Source: Octopus vulgaris
Lineage: Eukaryota
Assembly: GCA_951406725.2 (NCBI GenBank)
Contig: OX597819.1
Coordinates: 33,170,001-33,234,000, forward strand
Length of the DNA stretch: 64,000 bases
Direction: 5' to 3'
The notes below the pieces were generated by a model. That model saw only the letters and a program-made list of their open reading frames with translations, made no database searches and had not been told where the DNA came from. Positions 1 to 12,869 of this stretch are shown here, piece by piece. The position numbers and the translations under genes were made by a program. Each line of letters starts with the position of its first letter. The first letter of the stretch is position 1.

Positions 1-403
1 CTCTGTCTCTTTTGTTTACTCTTGTAGGTTCAAGGTCGTTGTGAATTCTTGGAAAGGGAAGTAGAAAAAGGAGCACAGTAATCTTCCTATTACACTGTAT
101 CTGCAGTAGTTTTGGATACTTTAGAATTGATGTGGCATTATCTTTTTAACTTTTCAGTCCTGTAATTCGATGATGTGCCACACACGCACGCACGCATACA
201 CACACACACGCACACACACACACACACACACATATATATCTATATGTATTGGGTTCTTTCAGTTTCCTCTGTCAAATCAACTCACAAGTCGTTGATAGGC
301 AGGAACTGACAGAAGCTCGTCGTATATATGTGCAAATATATATCTACCTGTGTATGTGTGTGTGAGTGTAGATGTTTATACACACACACGCACACACACA
401 CAC

Positions 404-462
<59 letters not shown>

Positions 463-636
463 CATATATATATATGGATGAAGCCATCGGATTCACGTTG
501 AATATTGCCTCTAAACATATTCTCTTCTCTTCAGAATACTCTAGCTGGAAGTAATGTAAATTTCACACATATATAGTATTTATCTCAAGTATATCTCAAA
601 TTTTCATCTCAACTGTAGATAAATTATTCATATCAC

Positions 637-692
<56 letters not shown>

Positions 693-837
693 ATATACAC
701 ACATATATATATATATGTATGTATGTATACACATATATATATATATATGTATGTATGTATATATATATACATACACACATATGCATATGTACATAAATAT
801 TTACATATATCTATTGATATATGCATACACATATGTG

Positions 838-872
<35 letters not shown>

Positions 873-900
873 GCCCACACACAACACACACACACACACA

Positions 901-934
<34 letters not shown>

Positions 935-999
935 GTATACCTGCTATTTTGTGGGTATTTACAGGTCCTGTAAACTACCACAGAATGCCTGCCCTTAAA

Positions 1000-2720
1000 A
1001 AAACTGTAAACGTAATTGGGACCAAAATGGAAAAAGTGAACCACAACATTAGGAAGCATAGATATAAAGCATAACCCATAAAATATCAGGCAAGGGTAGA
1101 AAGAAAGGGACGGATAAACGTAGATAGAAATAGTAAACTGACATTAGAAACAGAGAAAACGGAATACAGTAACAAACCCAGTAGATCTATTACAAGAAAT
1201 GGCAACATTATTTGGCTTAACCCAATTTTCAATTCCAAAATCCAAACTAGGTTAGGAATTCTTCTCAGCGTTAGACAGGTACTTCCCAAAACTTTCCAAA
1301 TATCACAAAATAATTAGCAGGTATAATATAAAATTAGCATATGCGATTTCCCACAATCCAGAATACTACGTACACAACTTAAATAGCATAAAACTCAATA
1401 GGGTAAAACTAGAGTGGGGCTTACGGAAAAAAAACCCACAGAACACAACAAAACAAACAACCAAGGAATGGCTGCAAATAGGAATGCTCATCCTTAACAA
1501 AAATGGGTCCAAACAACACCATAGAATTGGCAGTCCATTCTATAAGTAAGCCAAGTGGGAACACTGTTATATGAATAAGAAGAAATGTGGTCACCGGTAA
1601 CAACTCCGCTTGCAGAACCGAAAAAGGTAATATAGCATGTAACTTCAGGCGGAAAAATGAATGCAAGTTTAACCACAGCTGCATGATAAAGAATTTGGTT
1701 TACAGTCGTGAAGTGAAGACGAGTACACAAAAATGCGTGTATGTTGGTGGTACCAGAGACACTATGAAAAATCGTCTGTGTAACCGTCTTACGTCATTTC
1801 TCACTGTAAACAAAAGGCATTCCACATCATTATCTAACCTCATCGGGAGGCTCAAATAAGGGAGTGGAGCATACGACTAACTGGTCTATAGTAAAAAGCG
1901 CTACACCATTCTATGGATTCTATAAAACATCGCCGGTGTGCAATTTGTGCCTAGAGGAAACCCTGGAGATAATCACATCCAGAAAAATATACACAATTAA
2001 TAGATATTTTAAAGTAATTATATCATGTAAGCATAAATGCAAGGCCTCATCCTGAAATTTGAAAAGAACATTTTAAAACAGAAAAACACTCACCGCTTTT
2101 CGCATATAATGGAACGAGAGAAGAACATATAAACAACTAAATAAAATATCCATTATTTTCATATGCTGTATGTGGCTCCATTGTACCACGAAAGGTAATC
2201 AAAAGGACGTTTTCAGAGAATATCATTTGTCAACTCAGTCGATGAACTCCAACAACAGAATAACTGTACTGGTTGATCCTACTACATCTGAAATTCATTG
2301 AGGCGCCTGTTGTGAGTATGGTCAAACCAATGAACTATACTACCCATCCCGAAATCTGCTTACTCAAATATCAAAATAAATCTAACATCACCACACATAC
2401 GACTCCCTCCCCGTTATAGTTACCATTCCTTTCTCTTTTACCATCATCTTCTACTCCTCACCGCCAAACACACACAAAACTGCCCACGGACTCTCATTAA
2501 CCATTTCATTGGTCTAAATCGATAAACACTATTCAGTTATATATACGCGGCTTCCAACGTTTATGCAATATCACCTGAGTAAATGAACACGTGAATATGA
2601 TCCCCCTGATGTACTATACTGTAATCATCCCAGGAATACGGACTACGATCGTAAAGAACGTGATTTATGGAAACGTGCGTAACTATGGTTTAAAATATTC
2701 ATAAATTCCATCCATGGACT
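1000..2720 (+). mobile_element. Decayed Penelope-like element, C-terminal part with GIY-YIG endonuclease and 3' pseudo-LTR region
   Basis: Broken frames read RNGNIIWLNPIFNSKIQT, ACNFRRKNECKFNHSCMIKNLVY...YVGGT...STSLS...NWSIVKSA...CNLCLEE...SCKHK. This is the GIY-YIG plus CxLC tail seen in invertebrate PLEs (Naiad-like by recollection). A degenerate hammerhead lies at about 2606-2681. Confidence 0.8.
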
Positions 2721-2735
2721 ATTATTATTATTACC

Positions 2736-2766
<31 letters not shown>

Positions 2767-2774
2767 TATATATA

Positions 2775-4452
2775 ATAGCAGAGATACCCGGCGTTGCCTG
2801 TGTTACATGCAATTGAAGAATTAGACTTTTCTGTTATATTTTCTGTAATGAACTGGAATATCTATGTTTCAAATTTCATCAAAATTGCAGATGAGTGTTA
2901 TTTGCCTCATTGCACACCCTAAAAAATTGTAATTGTGCCACATGTATCCCATACTACTGATTTTTATGCGCATATTCCAAAATTCCAGTCTTATAGAACC
3001 TGTTAAAAGGATTTTGCACCTGAAAAATGGGGGTCATGGAGCTCTAAAATGTGAGAGTTAAGGCCCCTGTTATGGGTGGACATCTTAATGTCAACCAGAG
3101 AAATTGAATTGTTGAGAATCTTTTTAACTTGGGTCTTATATCTATTGTTTGAAATTCTTTGAAATAGGAAATACATGTTCACCGGGTTTGTAAAAGAGAG
3201 CAAAGCTACAGGAAACCAAAAGACGAATGATCACAATAAGTAGTCAGTTACCCTACCCTAGTCGTTACCACTCCCAATGTAGGATTCCTCACCATCCAGG
3301 TGACAAGCACAGCCGTAAGATGCATTACGAATCTATAGCAATTGGAAGGGCGTGACCCAACTGAAATAAACATTAACAACTGTGTGACGTGAGGGCTAAG
3401 GAGAAATGAAAGTTGGAGTTTGCAAATGGCCACTCTACTGATACGTAACTGGACAGCATAAATATACAATCTATAAATGTCTTTGAATAACCAGTCACTC
3501 ATCTAGGAAGGCCTTGAAATCAATGTTACCATGTGGGGACTATGTGTGACCCAGTGATAATAAAAAGACTGGAAGGAGGTCTGCAATCAAATAACTTTAC
3601 TCAACACTTTGCAACTGAATCAGTGGAGGCAAAGATGCCTCTCATTTACTTGACAATTTATGCACCACATTGCAGAAATCACAATCTAAGTGTATGTAAT
3701 GGTACAACTGTTACACTGTTGTACCTTTGAATTGCAAATAATGTTCATCTTTTATGTTCGGGTAACCCTACAGCTTCCGAGAGTACAACTATTCGTCTTT
3801 GCTTAGATAAAATGACAAAATTGTGGGTGTTAAGTCCCCATGGAGGGGTCTTTGTAACTTGTAAGAAGATGAAATTTTATAAATATTACTTCATTTGTAT
3901 CTAATATCTATGGTTAACATTTCATCAACAGCAAAAATATATGAATTGTCATGGGGGTTATGGCCCTTATGCATAGAATATAATTTCCAAATTTCGTAAT
4001 GATCCATTCAGTACTTTTGACTTAGTTTTGGATCATAAACGAAATGACTAAAATTTGGGAGTTAAGGCTCCCATTAGGATGTCTTAGAATCCTCATGTGA
4101 AGTGGAAACTTTGAGTACACTTCTTGATGTATGTCAATTACCCATGGTTGAAATTTCATCAACATCGAAAATTTATGAATTTTCATGGGGGCTTCCGCTC
4201 TCTTTAAGCCATCTGAAATTCAAACCAAACATATTGCATTATACCCGACCTTATGCATTGAATCTAAGTTTCAAATATCATAAGGATCCATTCAGTATAT
4301 TTTGGTCTATGATATTGTATGAAACACACAGCATTACCCTTCTCCCTAGGCTTCGATTTTGTGTTCCAAATTTCATTATGATCGGTGCAGCAGTTTTCGA
4401 ATGTATAAGTAATACACGAACACATACGGACATTGTCTTTGATATAATATAT
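2775..4452 (-). mobile_element. Non-autonomous Helitron-like element
   Basis: Minus-strand 3' end caggcaacgccgggtatctctgctat resembles the hairpin+CTAG terminus of the element at 43263-43290. The other end (atatatatcaaagacaatgtccgtatgtg) resembles the 5' end of that class. Both ends sit in TA tracts. Confidence 0.6.
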
Positions 4453-4475
4453 ATGAATGTCCACACATACATACA

Positions 4476-4534
<59 letters not shown>

Positions 4535-4579
4535 GTGTGTGTGTGCTTTATACACACACACACACACATTTTCATTAAC

Positions 4580-5400
4580 CGGTATCCCTATAGACTATTT
4601 ACTATTCTTAACCAATAATAGAATATACATTTATTATTTTGTACTTATGTCAACCTGCAAGACATTAACTTTCTTCAGATCTCTACTAATTATTCAACAC
4701 TATCCACCAATTTATTTTCCCAATGTTGTAAATTCCAATGACACCACATTTACCACTTTGTATAATGTCTAGTAATCTTAACTCTTAACCCCCATCCTTT
4801 GAATGCTGTTCAACAACTGTCAGCTATGAATGGCCAGCTGAAAAATGAAAGCCGCTCCATCCGTGACTATTACATATTCATATTTTGATAGTGTATCTAT
4901 ATGATAACATTAGTCATTTTGTCCTATTACCAACTCGCTGGAAGTACTGTTTTACTTCGTGGTCTTCATCTGCTAATGCAAATATCTTTGCCACGAAGGG
5001 AATAATGTTTTGATATATATTTCAGAGTTGACAATCCTCTGTCTTGACTACATTTCATTAACATTTGCCACGCGACCGTGCTGCTCTCTTTTCATTGCAA
5101 CGGTAGTTTTATATATTTGACCTTTTTTTTTTCATCTCCCACCATTATACATGTAAGCACTCAACTATTTTATCTGCTATATTGTTCGTATTTCTCAGCT
5201 TCTCTCCACTTCTTAGAAATCCGTTCCTCTTTGGACCATTTATTCTCTTTCATCTTGCTCTTGTGTACATTTTCTAAAATCTGGTTGTGATATTTTATTC
5301 TTCTTAAACGAAATAGTTCGTTATTTCATCTTAGCTCTGAGCTTTCTCTTTCATAGTATTTTTTCCGTTTTGAGACTTTCTCTATGAATTAATTTCACGA
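4580..5400 (-). mobile_element. Highly decayed LINE fragment (ORF1/endonuclease remnants)
   Basis: Minus-strand traces EKYEQYSR (LEQYSRR-type ORF1 motif) and GAAFI / GVIG (APE-like); many stops. Confidence 0.3.
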
Positions 5401-7072
5401 TAGTTAACAAAATACTAAACATGGTAACTTAAAATGTCCAGTGAGGATTTTACCCTATTTTTTACTCATGATATATATTCTATTAATGATCAACTATAAT
5501 ACATTTTATCTTGTAAGATATATGCAAGAAAATAGAAATAGATCACATCTGATACACACGTATACATGCATAGAGACACCAAAAACAAAGAAGAATCTCA
5601 TTGGGGAAATATATATTTTGACTCATTCATAGATTGCTACTTCGTGATAAGCGACTGGGAAGTAAGAGATCATGTTATTTGAATCGAAGACTTTATTGTT
5701 AAGCAATGAATGTTTCATTTATATTTCTTTGGATAAAGATGTTTACTATAAGACAGTAAATTCAGTTGCAATCAGATAAGAACTAATACGACAATAGTAA
5801 CAGACCTTCGAGAAGAAAGGAAGATAATGATCTCTTATTAACAAGTAAACAAGTTTACACTATATATATATGGAATTGAATACAGAATTAACTCCATCCA
5901 TATTTTCGTAACAATATGCAGCTACGTTACAAACTAATGGCAAATGTCTTGGTCATGTGCTAGTAGGAAATAAAAATGTCGCATCAAAAATGTTGAAAAC
6001 TGAAAAATAAACCAAGACAGCCGATTATCAGACAGTTCACAAACTTCGATAAATAACAGCTAAGATCAAAATTTTCTGACAAAATACTGACTGAAAATAT
6101 AAAATGATGATATATATATATGCGTCTTTATATTTGGAACTGTTCTGAAAATCGGTTGACAGACATGATCAAAAGAGTGGCGGACATGATGTAGATGTAT
6201 AACTAAACATGTGCAGGTATTTACATACACATTACAATTTCATCACGCTCAAGTCTGACTTTCATCCTTCCGGTGACGATAAAATAATTATCAGCTGAAT
6301 ATTGGAGTATTCCCCTATGTTTTTTCCTAAATTGGGGGTCTTGTGTGTATATTAGAGACTATTCTTTTGTATTGCACTTGTTTGTTTAAAATTAAAATCA
6401 GTTTTATGACGTAAAATATCGCAAAGGCCGAAACGATAAAGTGTTATAGCAGATAATCTACGAGAATTAAAATTTGGACTTCGGCATTCTTAGTTCAAAT
6501 TTAACCAAGCTTTTATATTGTCTTTCATTTCAGTTGGTTAAAAAAAAAGTAACAATAAGCTGCAATTGATGTAATTATTTTTTTTGCCTTCAAGTCTCCC
6601 TTTCTGTCTAATTGTGGAAACGGTGAGAAACGTTGTAGAGTAGAAGCAAACACTTGAATTCTGATTTTTAGCTGTCACTATTTACCTAGAGAAAATCATA
6701 AATGTAAAACATTAATATTTCCTACTTTAAGTATGCAGGATCTTGTGTTGCTTTTATATAAGATCGATAATGTAACATTTAGAATACAGTTGCCAGCTAT
6801 CTCTCCAAAAACATTTGTAAAGGGCACGACATGCTGTGGCCAAAATGTATACACTCACGTATGTATGAATGAACTGAATGGCTCTATATTCTCAGCTAAA
6901 AGATACATACGTAAAACAAAAATTAGGAAGAATAAACATTCTTTACCTAAAATATACTACATTGTCAATATTAATACTTGGAGTCGAAGATCACTCCGAC
7001 TGAAGGTCTGTATCGCATCACCAGTTCTATGTTTATCAGGAAGCTCAAACAGTCTCGCTTTATAATAGCTAA

Positions 7073-7669
7073 CTATTTCTTTACTACTCACAAGGGGCTA
7101 AACACAGAGAGGACAAACAAGGACAAACGGATTAAGTCGATTACATCGACCCCAGTGCGTCACTGGTACTTAATTTATCAACCCTGAAAGGGTGAAAGGC
7201 AAAGTCGACCTCGGCGGAATTTGAACTCAGAACGTAGCGGCAGACGAAATACCTATTACTTTATTGCCCACAAGGCGCTAAACATAGAGGGGACAAACAA
7301 GTACAGACAAACGGATTAAGTCGATTACATCGACCCCAGTGCGTCACTGGTACTTAATTTATCGACCCCGAAAGGATGAAAGGCAAAATCGACCTCGGCG
7401 GAATTTGAACTCAGAACGTAGCGGCAGACGAAATACCTATTTCTTTATTGCCCACAAGGCGCTAAACATAGAGGGGACAAACAAGTACAGACAAACGGAT
7501 TAAGTCGATTACATCGACCCCAGTGCGTCACTGGTACTTAATTTATCGACCCCGAAAGGATGAAAGGCAAAGTCGACCTCGGCGGAATTTGAACTCACAA
7601 CGTAACGCAGACGAAATACCGCTAAGCATTTCGCCCGGCATGCTAACGTTTCTGCCAGCTCGCCGCCTT
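7073..7669 (-). mobile_element. Head-to-tail trimer of tRNA-derived Nin/Deu-domain SINE (tail type 2)
   Basis: Three near-identical units starting at 7073, 7253 and 7437; only the last has the full head; core gcctttcatcctttcggggtcgataaattaagtaccag; flanked by direct repeat ataatagcta. Confidence 0.9.
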
Positions 7670-8015
7670 TATTTTACAATAATAGCTACCATTGATGATT
7701 AAATACAGCTGACCTTGTTGGAAGTAGGAAGACATTATAATTCACGAATGTAATTTCGATAATTTATATTACTGAGTTCAGTTCATGCATAACTTGGATC
7801 AGATTACAAATCTGCCATCAGATTTGATTTGATTTCGGTTAGTGGTTCTTAGTCTGGGTCGTAGCATCCTCTTGGGGACGTGAATCCACAGGCCGGCAAA
7901 ATCACAAAAGAGTGGTAATGACAAGGACTTGAATGTTTAGACGCATCTTGACTTTTCTTAGAAATGAAATACTTAAGCCAGGTACAAAACACACGCACAC
8001 ACACACACATACACA

Positions 8016-8070
<55 letters not shown>

Positions 8071-8186
8071 GCACACACATTTTAATACTAGATCTTGGCT
8101 GGTATTAAAATATTTAAAGGTTATTTTGTTATCAGTGAACAGAAACATGACTGATGATGTGCCAAGTTCTAATATTATTTTTGTAA

Positions 8187-8400
8187 AGGCGGCGAGGTGG
8201 CAGAATCGTAAGCACGCCGGGCAAAATGCTTAGCGGCATTTCGTCCTCCTTTACGTTCTGAGTTCAAATGCCGCAGAGATCGACTTTAGCTTTCATAGGT
8301 ATCGGAGTCGATAAAATAAGTACCAGTTGAGTACTGGGGTCGATGTAATCGACTAACCCACTTCCCCGAAATTGCTGGCCTTGTGCCAAAATTTGAAATC
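8187..8400 (+). mobile_element. Nin/Deu-domain SINE (tail type 1)
   Basis: Head aggcggcgaggtggcagaatcg, B-box-like gagttcaaatgcc, tail ccccgaaattgctggccttgtgccaaaatttgaaa. Confidence 0.85.
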
Positions 8401-8479
8401 AGCATTAATTTGTAAGTCTACCCTCCTTTAGTAATTTGCATAAAAATCACCAGCCTACGCAAATACCTTAAACGAGGTT

Positions 8480-8960
8480 TCTGCTGGGTGGATAAACCCC
8501 TTGCCAAACTTAGAAAAGCATCCGTCAATACACTTTCCAACTAAAAGTATGGATAATATCCACCCTCCTCGTTCTTGGTCCACGTCTACGTCTCTGCTTA
8601 AAGAATTCGTCATGCGATCCTTTTTCTGCGACACTAATCACGTGTCCTTAGAACCGGAACTGTAAACTCTCAATGCAGGGAAGTAGCTGAACCTCTTTTA
8701 TCTCCGAGTTACGCGACGTATCTAGTAACGTCCCTCCAGAGACCATTTGGAGCAGCCTCATTTCGGTCGTTTGTATTCGCGATAATACTCTTCCAGCATC
8801 CACGACCACAGTATTTCAAATTGTAGCTCAAAGCCAGAAACTTTTAGAGGCGGTTGGCTGTAATTCAAGTGAGATTTCATTGCCGTTATGTAATGTTGAG
8901 CGATCAGACAGAAGCTCACACGCTCCCTGGATCAAATCCCTTCACTCAGGATATTTATGA
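8480..8960 (-). mobile_element. RTE-clade LINE 3' fragment (decayed)
   Basis: Minus-strand translation RIQTTEMRLLQMVSGGTLLDTSRNSEIKE...IESLQFRF*GHVI matches the RTE C-terminal pattern (EMRxLR...RNEDIR...LRWFGHV). Confidence 0.7.
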
Positions 8961-9139
8961 TGAGTTTGATGACATTTCTTTTACAGTATCAAAAGTTGCC
9001 AGAAGCAAATAAGTTGGCAAGACATCAGGATACACACACACCCTTAATTGTTTTAAACTAGGGATGATAAGATTCATGATGCTGCTCACAACTGAAGTAA
9101 AACGAGTAATAATGTGAAATATATTTTTTCCAGATTATA

Positions 9140-9557
9140 GGCGCAGGAGTGGCTGTTTGGTAAGTAGCTTGCTAACCAACCACATGGTTCCGGGTTCAGT
9201 CCCACTGCGTGGCATCTTGGGCACGTGTCTTCTGCTATAGCCCCGGGCCGACCAATGCCTTGTGAGTGGATTTGGTAGACGGAAACTGGAAGAAGCCTGT
9301 CGTATATATGTATATATATAAGTGTGTGTGAATATGTTTGTGTGTCTGTTTGTTCCCCTAGCATTGCTTGACAACCGATGCTGGTGTGTTTACGTCCCCG
9401 TAACTTAGCGGTTCGGCAAAAGAGACCGATAGAATAAGTACTGGGCTTACAAAGAATAAGTCCCGGGGTCGATTTGCTCGACTAAAGGCGGTGCTCCAGC
9501 ATGGCCGCAGTCAAATGACTGAAACAAGTAAAAAGAGTAAAAAGAAAAAGAAAGAGT
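9140..9557 (+). mobile_element. tRNA-derived SINE family A (internal TA/TG microsatellite, AAAAGAG tail)
   Basis: A-box/B-box-like head ggagtggctgtttggtaag...gggttcagtccc; near-identical copies at 18408, 51582 and 58345. Confidence 0.9.
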
Positions 9558-9597
9558 ATTCATTAGCAATACAACTTAAGTCAGATTATTATTTGTT

Positions 9598-9885
9598 ACT
9601 CTTTTACTATTTTACTTTGCTTCAGCCATTTCCCTACGGCCATGCTGGTGCACCGCCTTTTGTAGAAACAAATCGACCCCAGGACTTACTCTTTATAAGC
9701 CTAGTACTTATTCTATCGACCTCTTTTGCGGAACCGCTAAGTTACGGGGACGTAAACATACCAACATCGGTTGTCATCAGATGGTCGGGTTACAAACAGA
9801 CACACAAACATATATATATATAAGACGAGCTTCTTTCAGTTTCCATCTGTCAACTCCACTCACAAGGCTTTGGTTGATTCCATGC
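9598..9885 (-). mobile_element. SINE family A, older partial copy, tail-to-tail with the previous copy
   Basis: Reverse-complement similarity to 9260-9550. Confidence 0.8.
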
Positions 9886-10132
9886 AGTGGTAAATGAAAA
9901 TTCCATAAATACTATGTCTAATTCTGTATTGACTCGAATAGAAAAATGTGTCACTCAAGAAGGACTTCAGTTTGAACAATTTTCATGATGTTTCACATTT
10001 GGATGCTTTTATTAAATTCATTCAGTTGTTAGACATAAATATATCTTGGAATTAAATGGTTTTGATTTACTGTCAGATGACTTTTGGCCAACCCTGTATG
10101 CACATATATCATGTTCTCTCCCTGTCTCACTC

Positions 10133-10189
<57 letters not shown>

Positions 10190-10261
10190 ATTCACTATCA
10201 GTTGTAGATGTTCGCATCAACAAATATAGGGTACTCAAAGTAAGTATTTGAAATTGTAGAA

Positions 10262-10400
10262 CAAGGAAGGGTAAGTTGATTAAATCAACCCAGTGCTCAA
10301 CTGGTACCTATTTCATCGACCCCAAAAGAATGAAGGGAAAAGTCGCCCTCGGCGGAATTTAAACGTGAAGAGGCTTTAAACATTCTGCCGGCTTGCCGCC
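10262..10400 (-). mobile_element. Nin/Deu-domain SINE fragment
   Basis: actggtacctatttcatcgaccccaaaagaatgaagggaaaagtcgccctcggcggaattt. Confidence 0.75.
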
Positions 10401-10429
10401 AGTATATGATATAGTCCATTAATGATCAA

Positions 10430-10700
10430 ACATTAGTCTTTCAAGTTTCATACCAATTTCAGAAAATAACTAATCATCAAGATAAAAACAGAAAGATTCG
10501 AGACATAAATACATTCTTCAGATAGATAAGGAGGAATATTGCAACATTCCCCAATTAGATCCGGTATATAAAAGAACATACACCTAATTTCATTATAACT
10601 GCATAATACTTAAGAGATGCAGAACACAGACATATGGAACAATAAGATGCAGTTTGTGTATAGCAGAGAGGAACCTCATGATGAAAAACTTAATTATCAG
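10430..10700 (+). mobile_element. Very decayed Penelope-like GIY-YIG C-terminal remnant
   Basis: Reads ...YGTIRCSLCIAERNLMMK, comparable with CNLCLEE at about 1940. Confidence 0.35.
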
Positions 10701-11699
10701 TATCATTTGCCACTTGCTACTATATAGAAATATCAATTGATGCTTTAACAATTCTGTCACTGGAACTTCCTGCTGCGTTTGAACCCGTAAAGTAGAGTTA
10801 GAATGATTAGCCCGTTATCCTATTCGATGCTCTAACGACTTTCAGACTGTATATATGCATATTTGTACATACATACATACATGCACACATATGTGAGTGA
10901 AAGTATGTTTGCATATATGCATACACGTACGTGCGTGCATACTCATACACATGCACGCTTACACACACACATACACTCACACACACACACGTACACACAC
11001 ACATATAAGGGTAAATAATAGGAAAGAGATGAGAATTATTTCATGTTTCAAGATTTTTAATAACAAGTAAGCTATCGTAGGTTTTTTTCATTATAAGTAA
11101 GGACATTAATACCAATAATAAGAAATTCTAAGAAAGCAGACAGTATATAAATATTTTATTATCAACAAAGGCGGAAAAAGAATCGATACAGCATGACATC
11201 TTGAATATTTTATCACTTGTGATTTCGAAATTTTTTTTTTGTTGTTGAAAATTCTGACTATATCTGTAATATAAACTACAGTGTGACTTTTAGAGATTCT
11301 AAATTTAAAATATTATCACTATAGTAATGGTAACATTACGACTTCTTCAAAGCAACTCGTTAATTTCGAAATACTTCATTGTTTGAAGCCAAATAAGAAT
11401 TTAAGCACCAAATAGTTCGTTTGACTATTTTTACGAAATTCAGTAAAATACCATAGCAAAGTATTCACTCGGCATTTAGTGTGGTTTTCAACTTCAGTTT
11501 TATTGTGAAATTCAACGCAAACCGATGGGGGGTTTCCATGATGTTTAAAAATGTCTTTAGTTATACTAGGGTTATATTAATTTCTTACAAGCATAGTCAG
11601 AGTAGGAATGAGGGAAACCATACTATTATTCTAGACCTCAGAGAGTGGGGCTTATGAAGGGCTATGAAAATACTATTCATGAGTTGTCTTCATACACGA

Positions 11700-11915
11700 G
11701 GCCTACTCTAAATTCTCGCAAGAGAGTGGACTGAACAAAAGATACCCTAAACGTGCATTCTGCTGAAAGCTCCTTAATGATGAACACTACTAAATCTACC
11801 TAAAGATGGGCCCTACTCAAGGCACCCTAATGATAAGGTCTACTAAAGGCACGCTAATAATTGATTCTACGAGAGGCACCCTAAAGGTGAATTCAGATGA
11901 AGGTATCCTAAGTTC
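11700..11915. repeat. Degenerate 27-bp minisatellite
   Basis: Units ctactcaaggcaccctaatgataaggt / ctactaaaggcacgctaataattgatt / ctacgagaggcaccctaaaggtgaatt, with more diverged units on both sides. Confidence 0.7.
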
Positions 11916-12436
11916 TGCCATGATATAGTTTGAACTCAAAAAGTGGGGACTACTAAGAATACTCAATTATGGTGCTAAACCGGATGACTATTTGAGTGCA
12001 GCACTCAAGAATACACACCAAGTATATCAATGTGAAATATATTGTTTCTGTTTCATTTTTATCTAATTTTACTCCTGGGGTTCATAGCCAAAAGCATTGT
12101 ATTGTGACGTCGAATTTGAAAGTGTGCGATTACAAAAAGAATTCATTTAACCATAAGAGTGATACTTTCCCACGTACATACAGTTGATATCGACGTGAAA
12201 TAATATATTAAAATACTCAATAGGTTGAGAACTAAAATAGTAGAAAGAATATAACACCATCTTTTTCAATACAGAGATGAACAATTATACCATATAGCTC
12301 AAAGGTGAAGAAGACCACGGTGATTAAGGAGCTAAATGCTTCACAGTACGTAATTTCAAGCTTATTGAAGTTAAATTTGTCTGTCATCACCTTAATATAA
12401 ACCAAAATATTTATTTTATTATTAATGTAGTCATTA

Positions 12437-12869
12437 AGCGGTGAGCTCGGAGAATTATTAGCACATCGGACAAAATGCTTAGTAGCCTTTTACCTTCTGA
12501 GCTCAAATTCCACCGAGGTTGACTTTGCTTTTCATCCTTTTGAGGTCGATAAAATAAGTACCAGTCAAGTACTTAAGGTCGATGTAATCGACTAGCCCCT
12601 TACCTCTAAATTTGCTGGCCTTATCCCAAAACATGAAATTCATATTAACGTGGCCATAAGGCGGCGAGCTGGCAGAACCGTTAGCACACCGGACCAAATG
12701 CTTAGCGGCACTTCGTCCATCTTTATGTTCTGAGTTCAAAATCCGCCGAGGTCGACTTTGTCTTTTATCCTTTCGGAATCGTTAAGATAAGTACTGGTTC
12801 ATCACTAGAGTCAATGATCGACTTACACCCCACCGAAGTTGCTGGCCTTGTGCCAACATTTGAAACCAG
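12437..12869 (+). mobile_element. Two tandem Nin/Deu-domain SINEs (tail type 1)
   Basis: Copies at about 12437-12640 and 12659-12869, each with head, Nin core and gctggccttgtgccaa tail. Confidence 0.85.

Noticed and set aside
282-1074. HTHT/CVCV/YIYI ORFs here and throughout the window
   Set aside because: Translations of CA, TA and TATG microsatellites.
2240-2280. SECIS-like AUGA...GA hairpin downstream of the GIY-YIG remnant
   Set aside because: Helix pairing is poor and the Cys positions in the adjacent domain are TGT/TGC, so there is no UGA to recode.
3533-3730. RNHNLSVCNGT resembling a Helitron Pif1 helicase motif (GLCNGT)
   Set aside because: A single short motif without supporting flanking motifs; insufficient to call a CDS.
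7073-7669. Regularly spaced repeats suggestive of a CRISPR-like array
   Set aside because: Whole 180-bp units are repeated with no unique spacers; eukaryotic SINE multimer, no cas genes.
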